A stretch of 64,000 nucleotides of DNA, taken from an uncultured Methanosarcinaceae archaeon. GTDB taxonomy: Archaea; Halobacteriota; Methanosarcinia; Methanosarcinales; Methanosarcinaceae. The notes under the pieces were generated by a model. It was not told where the DNA came from. It made no database searches and saw nothing but the letters and a program-made list of their open reading frames with translations. The first letter of the stretch is position 1. Each line of letters opens with the position of its first letter. Position numbers and translations under genes: made by a program. The stretch covers positions 18,858-82,857 of the forward strand of contig CAWJYV010000006.1 of NCBI GenBank assembly GCA_963847185.1, given 5' to 3'. This document shows, piece by piece, positions 1-10,145 of the stretch.

Positions 1-369
1 CTTTTTGCTAATTTAAGAGTATTTGCCTTGTGACCTCTTCTTCCTGATTATTAGGACCTATTATTCCCGACTTAATGGATCTAGCTCAAATATTTTTTCC
101 ACCACAAGAGCGTTAACGCAATTAATAACTGGATAGAAATAAAAATAAAGGTGACAAGTGTATAAGCTTATTGATTTGGATTGAAAACAGACTATTCTGT
201 CCGGCAGCTTTCATAAAAGATACTATGTTAATTTTTTACTGAAGAAAAAAATAATAATAACCTATAGTGAAGTTCTCGCATTTGTTTTAATATATATGGA
301 ATGTTACAGATTTTGATTTCAAAAAAGCGAGTTTCTGGCTTATCTCTTTCAGGCTTCAATGGTTTAAAA

Positions 370-492
370 TGTTTAAAATCAGAGGGTGAACGGGCGGGGA
401 GAAATTGACCCGCCCAGTGAGAAGGGCAGGACAGAAAACCAGACCTACCCTTGGTAATTGCAGACCTTGACCGGTCATCAGTAAGTCTGCAT
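370..492 (-). ncRNA. Candidate structured small RNA (three hairpins)
   Basis: Stems TGCAGAC/GTCTGCA (459-491), AAGGGCAGG/CCTACCCTT (422-452; the mismatch is a G.U pair only on the minus strand), GGGCGGG/CCCGCCC (392-415). TATA-like TTAAATAT on the minus strand at 513-520. Confidence 0.55.
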
Positions 493-529
493 AAATAATA
501 TAAGGGTCAACAATATTTAATATTTTGGA

Positions 530-652
530 AAGTGGAGGCCGAATCAAAGTCAGGTTAAAAGATTGAGGCAAAGGATGGAAGAAGCTCAGACTTCCACCTG
601 GAAATGAAAGTTGTGGCGCATAAGCCAGAGGCATCAAAAACCAGAAGCGTCA
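530..652 (-). ncRNA. Candidate small RNA, tandem with the previous unit
   Basis: Its upstream region shares ATAATATAAG(G/T)GTCAA plus an AT box with the 370-492 unit. Minus-strand hairpin GTGGAAG...CTTCCAT with a G.U pair. Confidence 0.4.
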
Positions 653-879
653 AGATAATATAAGTGTCAATATATTTTTAATTCCACTCTATATTTTGAG
701 AACCAAAAAATAAGTTCTTAATGTAACAGGAAATATATTAAATAAATGAAAAAATAAAAATCGTAAAATATATATAACTTCCTCACAGTAGATATAACTG
801 CGTTTAGAAATGATAAGAGGTTTTGAAATGATATATTGGCTTTTAGTGATTATTTTATCACTAGTTGTAATTTCCTCCT

Positions 880-981
880 TGTTAAAGCCTTCAAAAAAGA
901 ATAAATGACCTCTTATATACTTATTTGTAGAATCCCGCCTTATTGCCACATTTGGCGGGATTCTTTTGCCAACTTTTAAAC
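880..981 (-). repeat. ~100-bp conserved non-coding element, copy 1 (inverted relative to 55578-55679)
   Basis: Its reverse complement aligns over its length with 55578-55679. Contains stem AGAATCCCGCC...GGCGGGATTCT. Confidence 0.85.
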
Positions 982-1571
982 AACAGGGAATGGAATACAT
1001 TAAAAATATATAAATTTTCTCTATATAGCAGAATTAACACCTTTTTGTGCTATTTTTAGCCTCAATATTCTGGGCGAGAATTCTACTAAGAGCCTATCCG
1101 AAAAGTCCTGCTGCTCTGAATGTTATCCTGCACATGCTAAATCTGACCTTCCGCAGATGTCTTCAAAAAAATAACATCTTTCTTGCTATCGTTTTTTGAT
1201 TATATTTTTCAGAACTTTCGTATATTACGCCATTTTAGCATTTTCAAACTTTTTCGAGTAATTTTGCTTGCTATACAAAATGGTGCTAGGAATATTGATC
1301 CGATACCAAATGAGATGAACATGATTATAATATATGCTATTAATGTCGTCTTCCCCATGATATAGAACTTTACAACTATTAGATTTTAATCACTTTGTTT
1401 GTCCACAAATATTTTAACATAGTTTTAATTTACTAGATCCTGGTTATATGTACAACAAAAAAAAATGTTTTTTAGGCGTAGAAGTCCCGCAGCGCCTTGT
1501 TGATACCAAAGGTCTTGTAAGCTTGAATTTATACTTTATACTCTTTTCAGATTTGAGCTATGCTTTCAAAA

Positions 1572-1733
1572 TTATGCAATTATGAATGGCTTACTCCATC
1601 CGGTATCTATATCCCACCAGTTAGTCCAGATCGCTCCATCTTTTGCCACCCAGAAAATGTCAAGATGCTCAGGCATGCGAGCAACTGCTGTAATTCCTGC
1701 ATCTGATGCTTGGATTGCCTGAATGTTACGCAA
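1572..1733 (-). pseudogene. Single beta-propeller blade (fucose-lectin/PLL-like repeat), small ORF or remnant
   Basis: Translates ...ITAVARMPEHLDIFWVAKDGAIWTNWWDIDTGWSKPFIIA*. Not in the ORF track (53 aa from TTG). Confidence 0.55.
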
Positions 1734-1780
1734 GACTACTATTTCTGAAGTTAATAACCTCTATGAATCAACGAACTCAC

Positions 1781-2500
1781 TCATCCCAGGCCCCACTTCT
1801 TCCTGAACTCGAGCTTCTGCTGGCTGTTCATCCAGTGGCTGCCGTCACAGTAGGGCTTGTTCTCTGATTTCCCGCAGCGGCAGAGGGTTATCCTGTTCCG
1901 GGATTCGTACATGCTGCCATCTGCAGATTCAATGGGGATACCGCCTCGCACCCAAAGGGGGCCTTCACAACTTTTTTGTTTGTCGTGAACCAGTACAATA
2001 GATGGTTCAAATTTCTTTTCAAAGGGTTTGCCTGTCTTCTTGTCCCACAGGACCAGCCGTCCCGACGGGCAGATCATGGCTTCCTCTATGGCGGTTTGTC
2101 TGGCTTCCGGGTCGTCTGATTTTTGCATGAGACTCCTTATTCCTCCAGACCGCTGGCAGAAACGGGAATGGTCGCAGAGTTCGTAGGCATCGGTGAGCTT
2201 TAGATCAGGACCTTCAAACGTTTCCGCTTTTTCCAGGTAAGGCTTTCTGCTGGCTGTTTCGCTACCGTCAAAGCCGATCTTGCTGTGGGTCCCATCACAG
2301 AAGGGCTTATTTTCGGATGAGCCACAGCGACATAAAATATAGGCTTCCCGCCTGGGGTAATCCTTTATATCAATTAATTCTCTGGCGTGGTCGGCGTCAT
2401 CGGTGACAATTACCTGTTCTAAAAGCGGCACTCCACCTGTAACCCTATACGGCCCATCTTTGATTATCTTAATCCTCATTTTTTTCTCATTGACTGCCAT
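1781..2500 (-). CDS. CDGSH iron-sulfur domain protein (two CDGSH motifs plus central Fe-S domain)
   Basis: LCRCGSSENKPFCDGTH and LCRCGKSENKPYCDGSH; central CDHSRFC...CPSG. Confidence 0.9.
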   Translation of the reverse strand: MAVNEKKMRIKIIKDGPYRVTGGVPLLEQVIVTDDADHARELIDIKDYPRREAYILCRCGSSENKPFCDGTHSKIGFDGSETASRKPYLEKAETFEGPDLKLTDAYELCDHSRFCQRSGGIRSLMQKSDDPEARQTAIEEAMICPSGRLVLWDKKTGKPFEKKFEPSIVLVHDKQKSCEGPLWVRGGIPIESADGSMYESRNRITLCRCGKSENKPYCDGSHWMNSQQKLEFRKKWGLG

Positions 2501-2736
2501 AATTGTAATCCCCCATTACCTCTTATAATGCAGTAATGGATGTTTAGTCTGACTATTCGCCCCTTTGATGATTTCTATGGTTTTCCGATTCATACTGTCT
2601 CCAATAAGAGAGCGCGTAATAGGATTAATCGGATCCTCCAACCACGCAATAAGTGATTACCGTTACAGATATATATAAAACAGAATCGCATAAATATTTG
2701 AAGAAAAACATGTGAAAACCGGGCCTGGAGTAGACC

Positions 2737-2952
2737 ATGAGACAATTTCTCGTAGCTATAACAAAAGAAGATGACTTCTTTATTGCAAGATGTCCTGAGC
2801 TCAATGTTAATTCTCAGGGTGAAATCCTTGAAGAAGCCGAAGAAAATATCAAAGAAGCTACAGAACTGTATATTGAGGGTTTCGGGACTAAAGAACTTTC
2901 GCAACAAGCTTCCAAACCTTACCTGACCCTCGTGGAAGTCTCCAATGTCTAA
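2737..2952 (+). CDS. hicB: HicB-family antitoxin
   Basis: FIARCPEL..SQGE..EEAEENIKEA.ELYIE motif. Confidence 0.85.
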   Translation: MRQFLVAITKEDDFFIARCPELNVNSQGEILEEAEENIKEATELYIEGFGTKELSQQASKPYLTLVEVSNV

Positions 2953-2977
2953 ATTACCAGTTGTATCCGGAAAATAA
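2945..2977 (+). pseudogene. hicA: Truncated HicA toxin stub
   Basis: MSKLPVVSGK* overlaps the hicB stop. Typical HicA N-terminus; the rest is missing. Confidence 0.6.
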
Positions 2978-3142
2978 CTTACTATTATTTATAACTCTAT
3001 TTTTTACTTTTCTGACCTGCCAGAGCGTTTCAGGCAGAATGCACTACTGAATGAGCCGGAAGTGGCAATTTCTATAGATGTGGAGAGAAAGGCTACACGG
3101 ACTGTCTGACACTGGTCAATAGATTATGTGGCTCAAAACGTA

Positions 3143-3229
3143 GTGCTGCATAGTTTTCGAAGAATGGGTACATTTATAATTCGGTGCTAGCTTGAAAGAA
3201 ATTCTCATCCTCGAAGACTTTACAGAACC
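3143..3229. mobile_element. ~87-bp MITE-like element (family A)
   Basis: Internal similarity to 7991-8076; ends with GACTTTACAGAACC. Confidence 0.6.
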
Positions 3230-3288
3230 AAAAATCAATGCATCGAAAATCAAAAAAAAATAGTTTTGGTGAGATATGCAAAATACCC

Positions 3289-3705
3289 TTATTCTTTTTT
3301 GTTATCAAGCTCCCAATTTAGATGTTTTTTTTGAGCTGACGAAGCCTGTTCTGTAATATGAATAAAGAGTTTCAGGTTTTTTATCCTTTTAGCAATTAAT
3401 TCGATTTGTTTGCCTGTAATTTCACTATCTGTTGATTTAATTTTTAGAAACTCGGAAATTGACATTTCTTGCTCGTACTCTTTGGCAGGAAACGTTATTC
3501 CAGATTCACTGAAATCCATGTCGATAATTTCCTCGAACGAATACCTGTTTAATATAATTTGATACTCAGTACAGAGACCTTCCTCATGCGTTAATCCATA
3601 GAGTTTTATGTCTTGATCGATTACATCTTTTAAAGCAGGATCGATTTTTGCACTCATCTCCTTTGAATAAATATTACAGGTTATTGTTTTTTCCTCTTCT
3701 ACCAT
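3289..3705 (-). CDS. Hypothetical protein (138 aa)
   Basis: ORF with GGTGAGG RBS-like sequence upstream; no motif recognised. Confidence 0.65.
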   Translation of the reverse strand: MVEEEKTITCNIYSKEMSAKIDPALKDVIDQDIKLYGLTHEEGLCTEYQIILNRYSFEEIIDMDFSESGITFPAKEYEQEMSISEFLKIKSTDSEITGKQIELIAKRIKNLKLFIHITEQASSAQKKHLNWELDNKKE

Positions 3706-3939
3706 TTTTATTCCTCACCAGGAATAATGAATCAAGTAAAATAAGAAGTTTTTGTAAAAAACTTTTATCAGAAAAATGAATATTTTTAGTTTTGTCTGCG
3801 CAGTCTTCCAGGTAAATAGATCGAAAGAAGTGAATTATAAATTTGTAAATGACACTGTGTTTTTGGGGAGGCTGACCTTCGAACTGGCTTCATCGTTTAT
3901 TGAAACTTGTCTCAACTCTGTGGACTATACAAAACTCAA

Positions 3940-4003
3940 AAAACTTCCCTCCACGCCCGCATACTCACTTGTGAGCAGATATCGAGCGGTCACTGGCAAA
4001 AAA
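3940..4003 (+). repeat. REP-like palindromic repeat, copy 1 of 3
   Basis: CCACGCCCGCATACTCACTTGTGAGCAGATATCGAGCGG followed by an A-run; matches 7172-7237 and 8127-8194. Confidence 0.8.
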
Positions 4004-4502
4004 GAAAAGAAGAATCTGCAAATGCCATATAAGGTGCTTTATTATTCAGAAACAAGAAGTAGTGAAGAACTAGACCAATTTACCGAAAATAAAAGTCAAA
4101 TTTTGGGTTTAATTTTTATAGGTTGGCAGTGTTGCAAATTTGCTGTAAATTCAAAATCAGATTTTTGAATATTGTATCCTATTTCTACACTTGAACACAA
4201 ATATAGAACTTGTTTGTCTATTTATCCAAAATTATCCGTTAAGACATAAAATGAGTTTTAAGCTATTACTGAAATGAGAAAGCTGTTTTATCTCTGCATA
4301 ATTTCGCTTTTTTATTAATTGCATTCTACTATTTTATCCATCTATCTGCTGCGCTTATTAACTCAAAATTTATCAACACTTGAGACTTAAAGAAATAATT
4401 AAATATGATTGATTGGAACTACACTTTGTAATAATATTTATATAGTATATCTGCCGATGAAAAATAGATCTAAAAAAACAGATTAAGTTTAGATCAAATT
4501 AA

Positions 4503-4631
4503 GACCTAATCCAAAAACTCAAAAATGGGTTTCTGAATTCTTAATTCTGAATAATCAATCGAGTTCCCGTTATAAAGAATAGTTCTAAATCTTTAATGAT
4601 TTAAGAATGTAATTCGTTTTTGGATGAGCTC
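4503..4631. mobile_element. ~130-bp MITE (family B, IS5-like ends)
   Basis: TIR GACCTAATCCAAAAAC / GTTTTTGGATGAGCTC (14/16); TTA/TAA context at both flanks. Confidence 0.6.
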
Positions 4632-4821
4632 ATTAAGAGCATAGGCATTACATCATACATGGAACAAAAATTTGAAAATCAATTATTTTGAGTTCTGAAA
4701 GTTTAATTCCATTCTTACTAGAGATTATTGGGGAATTTCTTAACCTATACTTGGCGATTTCTTAAAGGGATGGGGTCAAGCTTTTAGATGCTCTTTTCGA
4801 GCGCTTAAAGAGGGATATATA

Positions 4822-6537
4822 TTGTCAAAAAGCCGCAATTCTGCAATAAAAAAAGTCAACAGGTACTTTGTCCTTCTATTCTTGGTGATGCTTGTCTCTA
4901 TTGCTTTCCTGAGCAGTGTAGGGGCCTCAAAACCGGATAAGGATACGATAGAAGTTCAGATTCTGGCCATTAATGATCTTCATGGTCAACTTGAGCCTCC
5001 CGTCAGCGAGATGGTTATAGGCTATAATGAGACCGGTGCTCCCATAAGTGTCGATGCCGGCGGTGCGGAGTACCTTGCCACTTACATAAAGAAACTCAGC
5101 TCTGAGAACCCTAATACAATCGTTGTCTCAACCGGAGACAATATAGGGGCTAGTCCGATTATTTCATCCCGATTCCACGATGAACCAACAATAAAGGCCC
5201 TTAATGTGATAGGATTCGACTTTTCGGCCGTGGGCAATCACGAGCTGGATAACGGATTAAATGAGCTCATGCGTATTCAAAACGGTGGCTGCCACCCAAT
5301 AGACGGCTGCTATGACAACTCTACCTTCGAAGGAGCACAGTTCCAGTATCTGGCTGCGAATATCGTCAATGAGACCACTAATGTCACAATATTCCCTGCC
5401 TACAAGATTACCTGCATAAATGGGGTGCCCATAGGATTCATTGGAGTGGCCCTAAAAGATACGCCGTCTATATTGACTCCTTCCAAAATAAAGGGACTCA
5501 AGTTCCTGGATGAAGCCGAAACAATTAATAAATATGCCAAGGAGCTAAAGCACAGAGGCGTAAAAACCATAGTGGTGGTTATACACGACGGTGGTTACCA
5601 AGAAGGACTATACAACGAGAGTCTGAATATGAGTGGGACAATTCTAGATGTTGTCAATGCCACCGATCCCGAGATAGATGCATTCATCACCGGTCACACC
5701 CATCAGACCTACAATGCTGCTATTAACGGACGCATAGTTACCCAAGCTGGTTCAGCAGGTACTGTGCTCACAGATATTGATCTGGAAATAAGCAACAAAA
5801 CTCATGATGTGGTCAAAGAAAAGTCAAGGAATATTATAGTATCCAGAGACGTTCCTAAAGATCCAGAAGTAGCCGAGCTGATCACGGAATACAAAGATCT
5901 GGTCGCAGCCCTTGCTAACCAGGTGATAGGTAATATCACGAGCGATATTACAGCGGTCATAAGTAATTCAGGCGAATCTGCTCTGGGTGATGTCATAGCC
6001 GATGCTCAGCTCTATGCTACTTCCGATCCGGAAGACGGCGGTGCTGAGGTAGTTTTCGCAAATCCGGGAGGCATTCGTGCTGATCTGATATATAATCAAC
6101 AGAGTGCAGATGAACTGCCCGGTCAGGTCACATATGGCGAGGTTTTCAGCGTCCAGCCCTCTGAAATCAGTATGGTCACAATGACCTTGAACGGCACTCA
6201 GATAGACAGACTGCTTGAGCAGCAGATCGACAACCCAACTCCGCGCATACTGCAGGTCTCAAAAGGCTTTAGCTATGTCTGGAACGAAAGTGCGCCCCCT
6301 GGAAATATGATCGATATCTCCAGCATAAAGATCAATGGCACTTCTATCAGTCCGAGTGGTCTTTACCGCATAACGGTTAACAATCGCATGGCCGAAGGAA
6401 GCTATAATCTCTTTGTTCTGAAGGAAGGGGTCAATAGGACAGAAGGTCCTCTGGTTAGAGATGCACTCGTCAATTACCTCAAGGCTTTCTCTCCGGTGGC
6501 TCCAGGATCTATGAATCGCATTTCTGTGGTAAAGTAA
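4822..6537 (+). CDS. Secreted bifunctional metallophosphatase/5'-nucleotidase
   Basis: Signal peptide; NDLHG, GD, GNHE and GHTH motifs; C-terminal NPGGIRADL domain. Confidence 0.95.
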   Translation: MSKSRNSAIKKVNRYFVLLFLVMLVSIAFLSSVGASKPDKDTIEVQILAINDLHGQLEPPVSEMVIGYNETGAPISVDAGGAEYLATYIKKLSSENPNTIVVSTGDNIGASPIISSRFHDEPTIKALNVIGFDFSAVGNHELDNGLNELMRIQNGGCHPIDGCYDNSTFEGAQFQYLAANIVNETTNVTIFPAYKITCINGVPIGFIGVALKDTPSILTPSKIKGLKFLDEAETINKYAKELKHRGVKTIVVVIHDGGYQEGLYNESLNMSGTILDVVNATDPEIDAFITGHTHQTYNAAINGRIVTQAGSAGTVLTDIDLEISNKTHDVVKEKSRNIIVSRDVPKDPEVAELITEYKDLVAALANQVIGNITSDITAVISNSGESALGDVIADAQLYATSDPEDGGAEVVFANPGGIRADLIYNQQSADELPGQVTYGEVFSVQPSEISMVTMTLNGTQIDRLLEQQIDNPTPRILQVSKGFSYVWNESAPPGNMIDISSIKINGTSISPSGLYRITVNNRMAEGSYNLFVLKEGVNRTEGPLVRDALVNYLKAFSPVAPGSMNRISVVK

Positions 6538-6581
6538 GAGAACAACGAACAATCTACTTTCTCGATAGGGAGAACTACCGC

Positions 6582-6671
6582 GAGTACTGTGTAGTTTGCG
6601 GGGCTGACCTTCTGACCAGTTTCAGAAATTACTGAATATTTACCGCAACCCCCTCAGACTACATAGAACTC
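6582..6671. mobile_element. ~90-bp MITE-like element (family A ends)
   Basis: TIR GAGTACTGTGTAGTTTG / CAGACTACATAGAACTC (14/17). Confidence 0.6.
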
Positions 6672-6840
6672 TTGTTTCTATGTTTTAAAGTATTCAGACA
6701 TCTGCTTCTTGGCTATCGGTCAAAAGTCCTGGAACCATATTGATGTACGCTAGAGCGTACATTTGCATATTTTTGCTTCTCTAGATCTAGGCAAATATTG
6801 TTAAGACGGAAAACTGGATAATAATGAATATACGATAGAC

Positions 6841-7038
6841 ATGACAAATTCTTCTAACCCTGTTCTGAGAATTGGAAATGCAGAACTGCCAGTTGACAAG
6901 AATATTCTTGTCAAGGATGGAGTGACTCATGAACTTGATGGAATAATTGTCTATGCTCCAGTGACTGGTAAAGTCTATATTCCTGCTGAAGCGATCTCGC
7001 TGATCAACGAGACAACAACTAAAACTAAAATGATATAA
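6841..7038 (+). CDS. Small hypothetical protein (65 aa) or gene fragment
   Basis: Protein-like composition; followed by hairpin AAAGGGGATTATTTCCCTTT and a T-run. Confidence 0.45.
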   Translation: MTNSSNPVLRIGNAELPVDKNILVKDGVTHELDGIIVYAPVTGKVYIPAEAISLINETTTKTKMI

Positions 7039-7171
7039 GACGCTTGATAAACGTGAAATAATTAAAAGGGGATTATTTCCCTTTCTTTTTTGTCTCAGAT
7101 TTTTGATGCCTATATTTTGGTAGGATCGATAGATACTTAGTTTTCAAATTTCTTTTTAATCAACTTATTAG

Positions 7172-7237
7172 AAAATTCTCTCAACGCCCGAATGCTCTTG
7201 AAGTGAGCAGATATCGGGCGGCTACCAACAAAAAAAA
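7172..7237 (+). repeat. REP-like palindromic repeat, copy 2
   Basis: CGCCCGAATGCTCTTGAAGTGAGCAGATATCGGGCGG followed by an A-run. Confidence 0.8.
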
Positions 7238-7360
7238 GCAAAAATGTATTGCAGGACAATATTAAATTGAAGAAAAACAATATCAAATTGATATAGAAAA
7301 ACAAAAATGAAATTCACAACTGATTCAATTTCGGTATCAAAAAAAGCATTGGAGAGATCT

Positions 7361-7606
7361 ATGAACTGGAGAGAACATATCGTTATCGACCCCGCAGTCC
7401 TTACAGGCAAGCCTATTATCAAAGGTACACGCCTTGCAGTAGAGTTCATTATCGACCTGCTTGCTCATGACTGGATTGAGGCGGAGATCCTCCGGAACTA
7501 TCCCGGCCTGACTCATGAGGATATTCAAGCGTGTCTGATGTATGCGAGCGATTTACTCAGGACAGAAAAGGTTTATTCTGTAGAGATTTCTCAGGAAGTA
7601 GACTGA
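7361..7606 (+). CDS. DUF433 family protein (putative antitoxin)
   Basis: IVIDPAVLTGKPIIKGTRLAVEFI...YPGLTHEDIQACL; GGAG upstream of the ATG at 7361. Confidence 0.9.
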   Translation: MNWREHIVIDPAVLTGKPIIKGTRLAVEFIIDLLAHDWIEAEILRNYPGLTHEDIQACLMYASDLLRTEKVYSVEISQEVD

Positions 7607-7965
7607 TGCGCTTGCTGGCAAATGAAAATATTCCTCTGAGTGCGATGGGGACTCTCCGGGACTGTGGATATGATGTCCTGTGGATAAGAGAAAAATCACC
7701 AGGTATCACTGATATTGAAGTCATGGAACTGGGTCATAGAGAAAAACGTATTCTTGTTACTTTCGACAAAGACTTCGGAGAGCTGGCTTTTTCCACAAAG
7801 CAACCATCAGCAAATGGAATAATTCTTTTTCGCATACCTATGATTTCTTCAGCTTACATAACGAAAGCCCTTGTAAAAGTTATAGAGTCGCGTGACGATT
7901 GGGAAAGACATTTTTCAGTTGTTGAAGAGGATAGAATTAGAATAAGGCCATTGAAAAGAGATTAA
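7606..7965 (+). CDS. DUF5615 PIN-like protein (putative toxin)
   Basis: MRLLANENIP...RILVTFDKDFGEL; TGATG coupling with the DUF433 gene. Confidence 0.9.
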   Translation: MRLLANENIPLSAMGTLRDCGYDVLWIREKSPGITDIEVMELGHREKRILVTFDKDFGELAFSTKQPSANGIILFRIPMISSAYITKALVKVIESRDDWERHFSVVEEDRIRIRPLKRD

Positions 7966-7990
7966 AACGTGTTTTTTAATTTTGATTAAA

Positions 7991-8076
7991 GATACTATGT
8001 ATTCTCGAAGGATGGAAATTTATAATCTCGATAGTAGCTGAAAAGAATTCTTATCCACTGGAGACTGCACAGAACC
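7991..8076. mobile_element. ~86-bp MITE-like element (family A)
   Basis: Imperfect TIR GATACTATGTATTCTC / GAGACTGCACAGAACC; similar to 3143-3229. Confidence 0.6.
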
Positions 8077-8126
8077 TATTTTCCGGATATGTTTAGTTGC
8101 CAAATTACTTTTTAAAAAATCATCTT

Positions 8127-8194
8127 AAAACTTCGCTCCACGCCCGCATGCTCACGAAGTGAGCAGATATCGGGCGGCTGCTGGCAAAAAAAAA
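8127..8194 (+). repeat. REP-like palindromic repeat, copy 3 (best preserved)
   Basis: CGCCCG-CA-TGCTCAC-GAA-GTGAGCA-GATAT-CGGGCG followed by an A-run. Confidence 0.8.
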
Positions 8195-8599
8195 ATAGAA
8201 TTGGATGCTACCAAAAAAGTGTTTTATCAAGAAATGAGAAATCGTGAAATATAGACATATTTGCGAAGAGAAAGGCAACAATTTGATCTTGATAGGTTTT
8301 AGTAAAAACTCCACATTTTCCCTATTTCTAGTAAAAATATTCTTAAAATTGAAGCTAAGACAACCAAAAGGCATAGATTTTTCGTTAAGCCTATTTATAA
8401 GCGGGTATTTTGTCAGAAATATTGGTGGTACTCCAATTAATTTTAAGTAAGTGCCATTGTACACTTACAGAAATTAAGGTATACTACATACCAAAACAGA
8501 AAATCAGCGAAGAAAAAGAAAATAAGCACTAATTGATATTGAAAATCTATCTTATTTTTAGCTCGAACTGTTTTGACAGGAGGCTACTAATCCATTTAA

Positions 8600-9420
8600 T
8601 TTTATAATAAATTCTATGGAATAGTGCCCATTTTTGTTACAATTAAGCTATTGATCTTGTCAAAATTAGCAAAAATATAATTTCTGACTCCATTTTTCAC
8701 GAACTTTATTGTAAGTGTCAAATTCTTCAAGCTTTTTTTGATGAATTTTGTGGATTTGTGCTTGATTTCCCTCAAATTCATATCGCATCAGCGATATGAA
8801 TAATTGAGCAATAAATCCCAATAGAAGAGCCCCATAAATACTATTATCTGACCAAACTCTTAACGGCTTAATCTGTATTTCGTTTTTCAATGAGTTAAAT
8901 ATTTTCTCAATAGAATCCTTTTCTCGATATATCTCCAAAGCCTTTTCAAGTGTCAAATTCTTGTTTGATTTAAGGCAGAAAAATCCTTCTCTTCCATTAA
9001 TTATGGAACTTTTCAAGAGTTCTATTGCTTCTTCCTCACTAAGCTCTTCGAGCTTAGTCTTAAAAGAGTAATCAATTTCAATTAACTCATTATTGATTCT
9101 GAATTTTTTAGGAAGCTTTTTGTTTTTTGCTATTATTTCCTGTATCTCTTTTGCTTCCTTTAACTTTTTAAGAATAGTTCTTGCTTTAGCTTCCAGTTGC
9201 TTCTCTTGTAATGATTTTGAGAAATAGAAATACTTGATGCTATTTGGCTTAACGATTTTTATCCCATAAATACTTTTTTCGGGATCTATTAACTGCGCTA
9301 ATTTTAAATCAAAATTCTCAATGATTTTATCATCGCTTGAATTCAGTTTCATGGAAGTAAGATACGTCATCTCATCTTCCTGTATTAGCTTAATGTTGTC
9401 AACAGTATTAGCGCCTTTAT
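8600..9420 (-). pseudogene. IS1634-like DDE transposase remnant
   Basis: GFFCLKSN..LT..ALEIYREKDSIEKIFNSLKNEIQIKPLRVWS; 5' part missing and frameshift near the C-terminus. Confidence 0.75.
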
Positions 9421-9488
9421 TTTAAATATGAATTTACAATATCGCATGTTTCGGTACATTTATCAGTTTATTACTTATATCGAGATTT

Positions 9489-10112
9489 ATGACAGATAAT
9501 ACAGCTAACGACAATTGCGATGATACACTTGACCCTGAATCATATCGTATCAGAGAAGTATATGCATATTATGGGCTTACGATGTATCACATTCAATGCT
9601 TAGAAAGAACTTTAGCTATGCTTGATGCTACTGTTTATAATTCTAATGCAGACCATATTACTAAATCGCAATTTGACTCTATTCTTGAAAGAAATTTTAA
9701 GAAGACACTGGGTCAATTGATATTCATTATTAAAAAGGCCGTTGATTTACCAGATAATTTTGAAAAAAAGCTTTCATATACCTTGGAAAAGAGAAATTTT
9801 ATAGCACACCATTATTTCTGGGCACGAGCTATGAAGTTCAGTCATACGCGTGGTCAGGAAGAAATGATAGAAGAACTAAGTCAGTTAAGCGTTTATTTCC
9901 AGAATATGGATAACGAACTAGATTTAGTATTACGAAAATGGATGAACGCTAAAGGTATAACTGATAATACAATTTATCAAATAATGGGTGATTCGCTTCT
10001 TTTGGAAATCAAGGATATTGATGATGGTGAAGCTGTTAAACAGGTTATGGATACAGTGCTTCGTCAGATTTTAAATGATGCAGCTTCGAAAGAGCGTTAT
10101 AATACAGGCTAA
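9489..10112 (+). CDS. Predicted HEPN-like protein
   Basis: Q.LE early helix, TLGQLI, and R-X4-H motif RNFIAH. Confidence 0.6.
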   Translation: MTDNTANDNCDDTLDPESYRIREVYAYYGLTMYHIQCLERTLAMLDATVYNSNADHITKSQFDSILERNFKKTLGQLIFIIKKAVDLPDNFEKKLSYTLEKRNFIAHHYFWARAMKFSHTRGQEEMIEELSQLSVYFQNMDNELDLVLRKWMNAKGITDNTIYQIMGDSLLLEIKDIDDGEAVKQVMDTVLRQILNDAASKERYNTG

Positions 10113-10145
10113 TGCTAGTAAGTGCTCTAAGAGATTAACTGTAGT

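Noticed and set aside
356-1365. ORFs 356-637, 689-1000 and 1183-1365
   Set aside because: No motifs; they run across hairpin units, the repeat element and AT-rich DNA.
3776-4168. 130-aa ORF
   Set aside because: It spans the REP-like repeat and shows no recognisable family; probably spurious.
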